This document shows, in pieces, positions 1-11,650 of a stretch of 49,636 bases of DNA (within the stretch, counting starts at the first letter, position 1; every line of letters starts with the position of its first letter). The DNA is taken from NCBI RefSeq assembly GCF_001194135.2, contig NC_068989.1, positions 48,464,292-48,513,927 on the forward strand, written 5' to 3'. A program made the position numbers and the translations under genes. The DNA is from Octopus bimaculoides (Eukaryota). The notes beneath the pieces are model-generated. The model worked only from the letters and a program-made list of their open reading frames with translations, was not told the DNA's origin and ran no database searches.

Positions 1-1
1 C

Positions 2-41
<40 letters not shown>

Positions 42-1800
42 GCAGCCCCACCTCTATTTCCAGCTGTCCTATCTTGACTGTTTTACTGTGTTTAAGTCCA
101 GTCTACTTGGAGTAGAACTTAAAACCAGTAAAGGTTTTGCTGTTTCACCAATCCAACCCCAATGGGATGGGATTAGTACTTCTTTTTTTTTCATTGACCT
201 TAAAATAACTGAAAAGCCAAGTTGACTTCAGTGGAATTTGAACACAGTTAGAGACAGAACAAGTACCATAAGACAATCTCTCCAATACTCTAACACCTCT
301 TTCAATTTACCGCATTATGTTTCTATTTACATTTCTTGACATGCTGTAAAGATCTAAACACCAATAAGATATCAGTTCGTTTGCTATTATCTCTTCAGTT
401 TAATCTAACAGTTTCAATATATTTAGCTGAGTTATTTTTGGTTAAAAACATCTGACTAAGATGGTTTGTTTAAATATTTGAGGAAATAACCAGCTGTTGA
501 AAGAAACCAATCTAAAAAAACAATTAATAAGACCTTTCTCCTTAAAAAGTAAAAACATTTCAATAAGCATTAATCAGATGTTATTCAAATTTTCATCTTT
601 CTTTTTTAATTTGTTTTTTTTCCTTGATTTATTTTCTTTGGTTAATATATTCGATATTTTTTTCTTTTACAATGGCGAAGACATATTCTAATTCTGAACA
701 GAAATAACTAAAGCAAAAATATATAATCATACAACGCATGATTGCAGTTAAATGAATATTTTGGTAAGAATAAATAATGTTATTGTCAAGAATCTGGCAT
801 GTACGTATACACAAAACTCAGTTTTCAGTAATGTGATAATTCTGATGATGATGATGATGATGATGATAATTTGAACTCAGAACATAAAGCTGGAAAAAAT
901 GCCACTAAGCACTGTATCCAAGAGAGTAATGATTCTGCCAGCATGCACTATAGTGGCATGCACTACTCTCTCACTCAATAATAATAATATGATAATAATA
1001 ATAATCTTTCAATCTACTTAGATAAAATTGAGATATAAAAATGAAGGCCATTTTTGCATAAACTTCTACACTTAACATTTTAACTCGATAAAATCTAGAA
1101 AAAGAAAAGAGTAAAAAGGGAAATAGAATTGCAATTTTTATCAAGTAAATTCAATTTTAACTCAATATAAATATAGTTATGAAAAATTCCCATGTTTATG
1201 GGGNNNNNNNNNNNNNNNNNNNNNNNNNNNNNNNNNNNNNNNNNNNNNNNNNNNNNNNNNNNNNNNNNNNNNNNNNNNNNNNNNNNNNNNNNNNNNNNNN
1301 NNNNNNNNNNNNNNNNNNNNNNNNNNNNNNNNNNNNNNNNNNNNNNNNNNNNNNNNNNNNNNNNNNNNNNNNNNNNNNNNNNNNNNNNNNNNNNNNNNNN
1401 NNNNNNNNNNNNNNNNNNNNNNNNNNNNNNNNNNNNNNNNNNNNNNNNNNNNNNNNNNNNNNNNNNNNNNNNNNNNNNNNNNNNNNNNNNNNNNNNNNNN
1501 NNNNNNNNNNNNNNNNNNNNNNNNNNNNNNNNNNNNNNNNNNNNNNNNNNNNNNNNNNNNNNNNNNNNNNNGCCGCCCAGGATGTGCCACCCTCGTAAGT
1601 GTGCCATAGGGCTCCCCATATGTGCCGCCCAGGATGTGCCACCCTCGTAAGTGTGCCATAGGGCTCCCCATATGTGCCACCCTCGTAAGTGTGCCATAGG
1701 GCTCCCCATATGTGCCGTCCAGCATGTGCCAGCCTCGTAAGTGTGCCATAGGGCTCCCCATATGTGCCGCCCAGGGTGTGCCACACTAACACACACACAC

Positions 1801-2013
1801 TTCCCGTTACTTTCCGTTAGTTTCCGTTACTTACCGTTAGTTCCCGTTACTTTCCGTAAGTTTCCGTTAGTTCCCGTTACTTTCCGTTAGTTCCCGTTAC
1901 TTTCCGTTAGCTTCCGTTAGTTTCCGTTACTTTCCGTTAGTTTCCGTTACTTTTCGTTAGTTTCCGTTAGTTTACCTTAGTTCCCGTTAGTTTCGGTTAC
2001 TTTTCGCTAGTTT
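1801..2013. repeat. 10-bp minisatellite TT(T/C)CCGTTA(C/G); second copy at 3738-3830
   Basis: tttccgttag and tttccgttac largely alternate, giving a 20-bp higher-order period. Confidence 0.95.
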
Positions 2014-2264
2014 CCAATAATCCCCATATGTGCCGCCAAGGATGTTCCACTCTCGTAAGTGTGCCATAGGGCTCCCCATATGTGCCGCCAAGGGTGTGCC
2101 ACCCTCGTAAATGTACCATAGGGCTACCCATATATGCCGCTCAGGATGTGCCACACTCCTAAGTGTGCCATAGGGCTCCCCATCCGAGGGTGGCACATCT
2201 AGGAACCCCTATGGCACAGTTCCGAGAGTGGCACTTCTGTGGGTGGCACACCTGGGGGCCCTAT

Positions 2265-2446
2265 GGTTAGGGTTAGGGATTGGGTTAGGGCTAGGATTAG
2301 GGTTAGAGCTAGGGTTAGAGCTAAGATTAGGGTTAGAGCTAGGATTAGGGTTATATTTAGAGTTAGGGTTAATGTTAGGGTTAGGGTAGAGTTAGGGTTG
2401 GGGTTAGGGCTAGGTTAGGGCTAGGGTTAGGGTTAATGTTAGGGCT
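2265..2446 (+). repeat. Degenerate interstitial telomere-like (TTAGGG)n array, copy 1
   Basis: ggttagggttagggattgggttagggctaggattagggttagag..., with variants TTAGAG, CTAGGG and TTAATG. Confidence 0.9.
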
Positions 2447-3907
2447 ACCTTGACCCCTGACATTTGACCCTTGGCCCCTGACCTTTGACCCCTGACTTTT
2501 GCTCCTGACCTTTCACCTTTAGCCCCTGACCTTTGACCCTTGGTCCCTGGCTCCCTATATGTGCCGCCCAGGATGTGCCACCCTCGTAAGTGTGCCATAG
2601 GGTTCCCCATATGTGCCGCTTAGGATGTGCCACCCTCGTAAATGTGCCATAGGGCTCCCCATATGTGCCACCCTCGTAAGTGTGCCATATGGCTCCCCAT
2701 ATGTGCCGCTTAGGATGTGCCACCCTCGTAAGTGTGCCATAGGGCTCCCCATATGTGCCGCCCAGGATGTGCCANNNNNNNNNNNNNNNNNNNNNNNNNN
2801 NNNNNNNNNNNNNNNNNNNNNNNNNNNNNNNNNNNNNNNNNNNNNNNNNNNNNNNNNNNNNNNNNNNNNNNNNNNNNNNNNNNNNNNNNNNNNNNNNNNN
2901 NNNNNNNNNNNNNNNNNNNNNNNNNNNNNNNNNNNNNNNNNNNNNNNNNNNNNNNNNNNNNNNNNNNNNNNNNNNNNNNNNNNNNNNNNNNNNNNNNNNN
3001 NNNNNNNNNNNNNNNNNNNNNNNNNNNNNNNNNNNNNNNNNNNNNNNNNNNNNNNNNNNNNNNNNNNNNNNNNNNNNNNNNNNNNNNNNNNNNNNNNNNN
3101 NNNNNNNNNNNNNNNNNNNNNNNNNNNNNNNNNNNNNNNNNNNNNNNNNNNNNNNNNNNNNNNNNNNNNNNNNNNNNNNNNNNNNNNNNNNNNNNNNNNN
3201 NNNNNNNNNNNNNNNNNNNNNNNNNNNNNNNNNNNNNNNNNNNNNNNNNNNNNNNNNNNNNNNNNNNNNNNNNNNNNNNNNNNNNNNNNNNNNNNNNNNN
3301 NNNNNNNNNNNNNNNNNNNNNNNNNNNNNNNNNNNNNNNNNNNNNNNNNNNNNNNNNNNNNNNNNNNNNNNNNNNNNNNNNNNNNNNNNNNNNNNNNNNN
3401 NNNNNNNNNNNNNNNNNNNNNNNNNNNNNNNNNNNNNNNNNNNNNNNNNNNNNNNNNNNNNNNNNNNNNNNNNNNNNNNNNNNNNNNNNNNNNNNNNNNN
3501 NNNNNNNNNNNNNNNNNNNNNNNNNNNNNNNNNNNNNNNNNNNNNNNNNNNNNNNNNNNNNNNNNNNNNNNNNNNNNNNNNNNNNNNNNNNNNNNNNNNN
3601 NNNNNNNNNNNNNNNNNNNNNNNNNNNNNNNNNNNNNNNNNNNNNNNNNNNNNNNNNNNNNNNNNNNNNNNNNNNNNNNNNNNNNNNNNNNNNNNNNNNN
3701 NNNNNNNNNNNNNNNNNNNNNNNNNNNNNNNNNNNNGTTCCCGTTACTTTCCGTTAGTTCCCGTTACTTTCCGTTAGTTTCCGTTACTTTCCATTAGTTT
3801 CCGTTAGTTCCCGTTACTTTCGTTAGTTTCCAATACTCCCCATGTGTACCGCCAAGGATTTTCCACACTCGCAAGTGTGCCATAGGGCTCCCCATATGTG
3901 CCGCCAA

Positions 3908-4098
3908 AGGGATAGGGCTAGGGTTAGGGATTGGGTTAGGGCTAGGATTAGGGTTAGAGCTAGGGTTAGAGTTATGTTTAGAGTTAGGGTTAGGGTTAAT
4001 GTTAGGGTTAGGGTTAGGGCTAGGTCTAGGGTTAATGTTAGGGTTAGGGTAGGGTTGGGGCTAGGGTTAGGGCTAGGTCGAGGGTTAATGTTAGGGCT
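3908..4098 (+). repeat. Degenerate interstitial telomere-like (TTAGGG)n array, copy 2
   Basis: Shares diagnostic variant strings with copy 1 (gggttagggattgggttagggctaggattagggttagagctagggttagag; gggttaatgttagggct). Confidence 0.9.
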
Positions 4099-4749
4099 AT
4101 TTTGACCCCTGACCTTTGACCCTTGGCTCCTGACCTTTGACCCTTGGTCCCTGGCTCCCCATATGTGCTGCCCAGGATGTGCCACCCTCGTAAGTGTGCC
4201 ACAGGGCTCCCCATATGTGCCGCTTAGGGTGTGCCACCCTCGTAAGTGTGCCATAGGGCTCCCCATATGTGCCGCCCAGGATGTGCCACCCTCGTAAGTG
4301 TGCCATAGGGCTCCCCATATGTGCCACCCTCGTAAGTGTGCCATAGGGCTCCCCATATGTGCCGCCCAGGATGTGCCACCCTCGTAAGNNNNNNNNNNNN
4401 NNNNNNNNNNNNNNNNNNNNNNNNNNNNNNNNNNNNNNNNNNNNNNNNNNNNNNNNNNNNNNNNNNNNNNNNNNNNNNNNNNNNNNNNNNNNNNNNNNNN
4501 NNNNNNNNNNNNNNNNNNNNNNNNNNNNNNNNNNNNNNNNNNNNNNNNNNNNNNNNNNNNNNNNNNNNNNNNNNNNNNNNNNNNNNNNNNNNNNNNNNNN
4601 NNNNNNNNNNNNNNNNNNNNNNNNNNNNNNNNNNNNNNNNNNNNNNNNNNNNNNNNNNNNNNNNNNNNNNNNNNNNNNNNNNNNNNNNNNNNNNNNNNNN
4701 NNNNNNNNNNNNNNNNNNNNNNNNNNNNNNNNNNNNNNNNNNNNNNNNT

Positions 4750-5650
4750 TCTAAAACAGCATGCGACGGAAGGAGAGAACTTTGTCGATGGAAATGATAA
4801 TGAAATTCAACAGATATTTATTAGATATTTATTCAAGGGCCAACATGCAGTTCTAGAAATTCAGCTACTCAACATTATACACTTCAGAAATGGTAGCCAA
4901 AAAATAAACAAATGTTTTTTTTCTTTTGGGATTGAATTCCACTGTAGAAATTCATGTAGATAAGATGAAAATAATTCATCCGATGTCCCTGGCTAAGAGA
5001 ACACTCATCTACAATGTGTTTTTGCATTATATCTTTGCACCAGCAGTAGATAAGCAACACCAGATTGTAGAGTGGAATATGGCTCCTTTCAAAGAATGAT
5101 CTGTAATGAACAGGTTTCTTTTTTTTTACAGTGTTTACAGTACCATTCTTTTCCATCAATTCTGTCACCACGTGTAACAAGTCCGCATGGTACTAGACAA
5201 TCGTCGCAGGTAAACTTATTCCTAATAAGCCGACGGCGCGCACACCATTCCAGCATTCTGTGTCTTGAACTGCTGCATAACTCACTAATATTCCAATATT
5301 CCTCTAATATTAATTCACGAGTATTTCATTTTCAGGAACAATAAGTTGTTGTGCAGCCGGTCTTCCACNNNNNNNNNNTCTAATATTAATTCACGAGTAT
5401 TTCATTTTCAGGAACAATAAGTTGTTGTGCAGCCGGTCTTCCACGAGGCATTTTCGATCTCTCAGCCGGTACTATGATATTCAATGATGTGTGTGATTTA
5501 TATATAAACAGTTAACTTTAATCAAATCACGTGTGTGAGTTATTTATAAACAGAGTAGTACGGATAATACTGGTAAGACGTTCAGTTACTTCCCTTGAAT
5601 ATTTCTATTTTTTTTTACACCCCTAAACTTGAAGATTACCCTATTTTCCA
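4750..5650 (-). mobile_element. Degenerate Merlin (ISXO2/IS1595-like) DNA transposon, N-terminal part
   Basis: ORF 4884-5180 contains RSFFERSHIPLYNLVLLIYCWCKDIMQKHIVDEC, resembling the Merlin N-terminal SFFExSxLxLxxILxLIYxW motif. Boundaries approximate. Confidence 0.55.
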
Positions 5651-5674
5651 TCTTATTGAGATAACAAACGGGAA

Positions 5675-8600
5675 GTGTATACTTTAAACTTAACACACCA
5701 AAAAGTACGAAAAATTAGACGTGACGTGCAAAACCATTTAACACCAGAAGTGAGCGGACCGCTGCCCTACGAAAATAATGACCATCAAAATAAAGGGCCG
5801 GACGTTATTTCTCACGTCATGCAAATAAAATCAAAAAACCATGAATGGACAAGAGAGGAATATATTTCTATACTACACGCTTATTTCACAGCAGTGCTCT
5901 ACCCACAGAACGAAAACACAACAGTATGTACATATAAAATCTGAAAGAAAATAACCAAGATTTGGATGTATCGATGAACCCTAACAAACTAGCCAACATA
6001 AGGAGATCATCATCATCATCATCATCATCATCGTCGTTTAACGTTCACTTTCCATGCTAGCATGGGTTGGACGATTTGACTGAGGACTGGTGAAACCAGA
6101 TGGCTACACCAGGCTCCAATCTGATTTGGCAGAGTTTCTTCAACTGGATGCCCTTCGTAACGCCAACCACTCAGAGAGTGTAGTGGGTGCTTTTATGTGC
6201 CACCCGCACAAGAGCCAGTCCAGGGGCACTGGCAACGATCTCTCTCGAAAGTCTTTACACATGCCGCGGGCACAAGTGCCAGAAAGGCGATGCTGGGCAC
6301 AGGTGCCTTCACGATTTCGCTTTCCCCAATAAGTCTTCGCAAGCTGAGTTTCATTTTAATGAAGGAGACGACGTTGGCATGGGTGCCAGTCGTCGAATTT
6401 AACTCGATTTCGATTTTACTTGCCTCAACAGGTCTTCGCAAGTGGAGTTTAGTGTCCAATGAAGGAAGGTACACATAAGTGGACTGGCTGAGGCCTTAGA
6501 ATTAGGTCTCACTTGGCTTGCCGGGTTTTCTCACGCACAGCATTTGGCAGAGTTTCTACAGCTGGATGCCCTTCCTAACACCAACCACTCAGAGAGTGTA
6601 GTGGGTGCTTTTACATGCCATCGGCACAAAGGCCAGTCAGGCAGTACTGGCAACGACGACGCTCAAAATGGTGTATTTTATGTGCCACCCGCACAAGAGC
6701 CAGTCTAGGGGCACTGACAACGATCTCGCTCGAAAGTCCTTACAGATGCCGCAGGCACAAGTGCCAGAAAGGCGACGCTGGGCACAGGTGCCATCACGAT
6801 TTTGATTTCGCTTGCCCCAATAAGTCTTCGCAAGCTGAGTTTCATGTCCAATGAAGGAGACGACGTTGGCATGGGTGCCAGTCGTCGAATTTAACTCGAT
6901 TTCGATTTCACTTGCCTCAACAGGTCTTCGCAAGTGGAGTTTAGTGTCCAATGAAGGAAGGTACGCATAAGTGGACTGGCTGAGGCCTTAGATTTAGGTC
7001 TCACTTGGCTTGCCGGGTCTTCTCACGCACAGCATATTTCCAAAGGTCTCGGTCAGAAGACATCGCCTCGGTGAGGCCCAATGTTCGAAGGTCGTGCCTC
7101 ACCACCTCATCCCAGGTCTTCCTGGGCCTACCTCTTTCACAGATTCCCTCAACTGCTAGGGTGTGGCACTTTTTCACACAGCTATCCTCGTCCATTCTCA
7201 CTACATGACCATACCAGCGCAATCGTCTCTCTTGCACACCATAACTGATGCTTCGTAAGTTCATTTTGTCTCTCAAGGTACTAATACCCTGTCTAGTATG
7301 CACACTGACATTACACATCCATCAGAGCATACTGGCTTCATTCCTTGCGAGCCTACGTATGTCCTCAGCAGTCACAGCCCATGTTTCACTGCCATGAAGC
7401 ATGGCTGTTCGTACACATGCGTCATACAGTCTGCCTTTTACTCTGAGTGAGAGGCCCCTTGTCACCAGCAGAGGTAAGAGCTCTCTGAACTTTGCCCATA
7501 TATTCTCAAAAAAAAAAAAAAAAAAAAAAAATGGAAAAAGAGCACTTAAAAGGAAAAATACATCAGGAAAACATGGAAAGTGACCTCACAACAATGCCAA
7601 ATAATGTCATAAGTACTGGAACGGTAAAATACAAAGACAGGCGTAACATGTACAACAAAAACGAAGTAACAAAAGACATCAAACCCAGACCGTAGGAATG
7701 CATAAGGATGTGCAAAATGCACTAAACCAGAACAGCACAGGCAAAAATATAAGGAATGTGGAACAAATTCTAAAAACTGGAAACAGTAAAGGTGGAATCC
7801 ATGATTATGATACTCTAAAAATGAGTATTATCAAGGAATTAAAAGCCACAGATCTCAATATGGACCGCTGATTGTACCTCCCAAAAATTAAAGTTGATAA
7901 TAAGACAACATCAATAATAAGTAACCTAAATCTGGCCATCACAAAACTAAAAGCAACAGAAACAAATGTCAATATGACCAGGTTAAATGATATATATGCA
8001 GCAGCCTCTGTGGCTACAAAATAAGCTGGATACTCTCTCAAACCCATCCAAACAGGAGTACCACAATTTAAACAAAATCTGTGGAAAAATAATATCCAGA
8101 AAAAAATAGAAAATAAAAGAAAGGATCTGTCAATCCTTGATGAAATTAGGAGGCAAACAATGCTACTAAGCAACGAAAAGAAAAAAAATACTAAGGAAAT
8201 ACAAAATTACAGAACAAGGTATACTTGAGGTAAAAGAACAGCTGAAGCAAAATATCCTTGCTAAAGCACAAAGAATTTGCTGGTATGAGAAATGCCAACA
8301 ATTCTTTGAACAAAGCAAACAGTTCAACTCCAATCCAAAAAGATTCTGCCAAGAACTTGACCAAAGTAAAATAGAGATTAATGCAGCACCAACAGTAGAA
8401 GAAGTGGAAGAATTTTGGAAAGAAGTATGGTTGGTGAAGGAGCAACCTCAGAAAAGATCTTTCAAAATAACAAACACAGCATCTGAACAACTCTGGATTC
8501 CTATAACAAGAGAAGAGGTCACCCAGGCATGGCAAAAACTAAGCCACTGGGAGGCACCTGGGCATGACAAGATCCCCAATTTCTGATTAAAATATCTAAC

Positions 8601-9420
8601 AGGAATACATAAGACGCTGGCCGAGAAATTCAATGAGATACTAGTAGAGCCAGAAACAATGCCTGAATGGCTCACAGAAGGGAAAACTATCCTAATTCCC
8701 AAATCCACTGAAACAGCAAACCCAGAAAACTACACACCAATAACTTGTCTCTCTACAATTTATACAGCTTTAACTGCAATAATATCACAGAGAATGGGCA
8801 AACATCTGGAAGAAAACAACATGTTTCCAGAAGAGCAGAAGGGATGCTGCAAGGGTTCGTTTGGCTGTAAAGATCAGTTATTGATCAATAAAGCCATAAC
8901 TGAAGACAGTCAAAAGAAAGAGAAAGGTCTAAGCATGACTTGGATCGATTATCGAATGGCTTTTGACAGTTTTCCCACACCTGGATCCTGGAAACACTAG
9001 CCATGAACAAGGTAGTGCCAATAGTCATAAGCATATAAAACATTCCATGAATAAATGGCAAAAAGTGTACAACACCAGACAAAAGAGGAACTCATAAAAG
9101 CTAAAGCCATCCCTATTAGAAGAGGAATATTCCAGGGAGACGTGTTCTTTCCACTCCTTTTCTGTTTGGCACTGACACCTTTATCTGACATGCCAAGCAG
9201 AACTTGATGTGGATACAACTGTTAACGGCAAAACAATCAACCATCTCTTGTATATGGATGATCTAAAACTGTATGCTGCAAATGACAAACAACTGGAAAC
9301 ATTGCTACAGACAGTGCATGGATTTACCAGAGAAGTAAACATGAAATTCGGCTTAGAAAAATATGCCAAAAGTAACCTTGGAAAGAGGAAAACTAGTTAA
9401 GAGTAACAATATCACACCAT
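5675..9420 (+). mobile_element. Degenerate R4/Dong-like non-LTR retrotransposon, split by an RTE insertion
   Basis: N-terminal WTREEYISILHAYF...KLANIRR upstream of the insertion; RT motifs EAPGHDKIPNF, PEWLTEGKTILIPK, NYTPITCL, EEQKGCCKGSFGCKDQLLIN, WIDYRMAFDS, RGIFQGD, INHLLYMDDLKLYA; many stops and frameshifts. Confidence 0.85.
6008..7497 (-). mobile_element. 5'-truncated RTE-clade LINE with (ATG)n tail and duplicated 3' UTR
   Basis: ORF 7001-7318 carries RRLRWYGHVVRM...RGRPRKTWDEVV; (CAT)n at ~6008-6031 on the plus strand; 6125-6542 and 6543-7034 are tandem copies. Confidence 0.88.
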
Positions 9421-9809
9421 CGCTTGACAACTGATGCTGGCATGTTCACATCCCTATAATTTAGTGGTTCAGCAAATGAGACTGATAGAATAAGTACTAG
9501 GCTTACAAAGAATAGGTCCTGGGGTCAATTAGTTCGACTAAAGGCAGTGCTCCAGCATGGCCACAGTCAAATGACTGAAACAAGTAAAAGAAAAAAGAAA
9601 TAAGGAACAACAACTATGGATGGAGCTGATAGAACATTGAATGAAATGTAGTATTAAGTAACAACTGTTCACATTCTTAGTTCAAACCTTACCAGGATTG
9701 ATTGTGTCTTTTATCCTTTCAAGGTCAGATTTTAGCACCAGATTTAATCAACTACCTCTTTTCTTCTTAAAGTCTTTGGCTTTAAACCAGTGTTGGAAAC
9801 TATATTTAT

Positions 9810-11224
9810 TACTGTAAAAACCCATGTAATTTACACAGGTGATTTTCAGGATAAAATTTGTTAAAAAAAGCTTCTACTCATGTAAAATCTGCACCCAAAG
9901 GTTTTCAGAATTGCTGGCATGGCCAGGTGGAAAAAGGTTTTCAATCTAGTTGTGTTTAGCATAATTTCACTAACTTATGATTAGATTTTATTAAATTTTC
10001 ATCAAATAAAGATAATTTCTGTTTAACAAATATCACATTAAAAGCTATTAAATTACAAAGTGTTTGTGTTGTTTATAATAAACTTTATTTTACATTTCTT
10101 GCTCACAAGAGATTATGTCCAATCTTTAGCCTACTGTTGTATGTCTCCTCAAATCATGATCACAGGAAAAGTTAAGAATTATCAACAAAAACAAAGCTGA
10201 TAAATACACACAGGTGTTGCAAATTAAGTTTAATTACCAATAAACATCAGCTTGGATGACACTTGACTCAACTGACAGAGGAAGATGACCGATCAAACTG
10301 ATTATGTAAACAGAATTCTGATTGGTAGAAAGCATCTTCTTGTCTCAAGTTCTGATTTTTTGCCTACTCTTGTCAGAACCTTTGATATGGAGTATCAAAA
10401 TTTTAATCCCTTTCACACTTATAAAATGTCAAGAAAACTTTAAAATTTGTCATTACCAGTATGGGCAGAACTTATGAATCGTTTACTGTGAAGGAGAAAT
10501 TAAATATTGTTGAATATGCATTTGAACGTGGCAATAGAGCTGCTGGAAGGCATTTTAATGTTATTGAAACCAATGTTCGAAATTGGCATAAACAGTATGA
10601 TAAACTTAAAACTGTGCCTAGTTATAAACATGCCAATAGAGGTAAATCTGCAAAATTCCCTAAGTTAGAGACTGAACTTTATCATTGGATATGTGACGAG
10701 GGTTTTGGTGTAATCACCACCAAAATAAGATTATGAGCTAGTCAGTTATTTAAGACAAAATATAGTGCTGATAGTGTGAACTTTAAAGCTTTGTTAAAAC
10801 TGGTGCTATCATTTTATAAACCGTTATAACTTAAGTGTATGACATAGAACAACAATTGTGCAAAGACTTCCTGAAGATTATATACTCTTTTACTCTTTTA
10901 CTTGTTTCAGTCATTTGACTGTGGCCATGCTGGAGCACCACCCTTAGTCGAGCAAATCGACCCCCAGGACTTATTATTTGTAAGCCTAGTACTTATTCTA
11001 TCGGTCTCTGTTGCCGAACTGCTAAGTTACGGGGACATAAACACACCAACATCGGTTGTCAAGCAATGCTAGGAGGGACAAACACAGACACTCAAACATA
11101 CGCACACACACACACACACATGTTTGTTTGCAATGTCCTGTACCCAGATATGCACCTATACATACAGGTGGATGTCGGTATGCACATACCTGTACGTATA
11201 TATGCATATACTCATTTACTTTTG

Positions 11225-11262
<38 letters not shown>

Positions 11263-11650
11263 TACGACGGGCTTATATACTCTTGTGAAGAAAAGTTGGC
11301 AAACTTTCAGAGTTATATTATCAAAGTTAGAAGAAAATATGATATTGAACCATCACACATCGGGAATGCAGACCAAACCCTGTTAACATTTGATTTGCTG
11401 TGGAAATGAAAAGAATAGATTCACTGTGATGCTAGCATGCTTGGGAGATGGAACAAAATTGCCATGATATGTTATCTTCAAAAGAAAGACATTGCCAAAG
11501 TTAAACTTTCCAAAAGGTATAATCATTGGAGTCTATGAAAAAGGCTGGATGGCCAAATCCAGCATGAAAGAATGGCTAAAATGTGGGGACGACATCCCAG
11601 TACCCTTGAACATAGTTTATTAGTTGAAAATGCCTGTATATTTTCACATA
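9810..11650 (+). mobile_element. Degenerate pogo-family (POGK-like) DNA transposon, interrupted by a SINE
   Basis: ORF 10461 YESFTVKEKLNIVEYAFERGNRAAGRHFNVIETNVRNW (HTH) and FPKLETELYHWI (CENP-B-type HTH); IGNADQTLLTFD (first D of the DDE triad); tactgtaaaaaccc-type left end near 9810. Confidence 0.8.

Larger units (their letters stand above)
1572..4388. repeat. Composite tandem-repeat block (52-bp GC-rich satellite, 10-bp satellite, telomere-like array, TGACC array), module order repeated at least twice, interrupted by assembly gaps
   Basis: 52-bp unit gccgcccaggatgtgccaccctcgtaagtgtgccatagggctccccatatgt (period seen at 1572/1624; 32/52 GC) at 1572-1785, ~2020-2183, ~2555-2774 and ~4150-4388; other modules listed separately. 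Confidence 0.95.

Noticed and set aside
1572-4388. CRISPR-like regular repeats
   Set aside because: No unique spacers, eukaryotic context and no cas genes; this is a tandem satellite.
1095-4797. Long ORFs (HMGSPMAHLRGWHI..., TLTLTL..., poly-X) in the ORF track
   Set aside because: Translations of satellite, telomere-like repeats and N gaps; not genes.
5302-5444. ~66-bp direct repeat on either side of a 10-N gap
   Set aside because: Identical copies flanking a gap indicate unmerged contig overlap, an assembly artefact.
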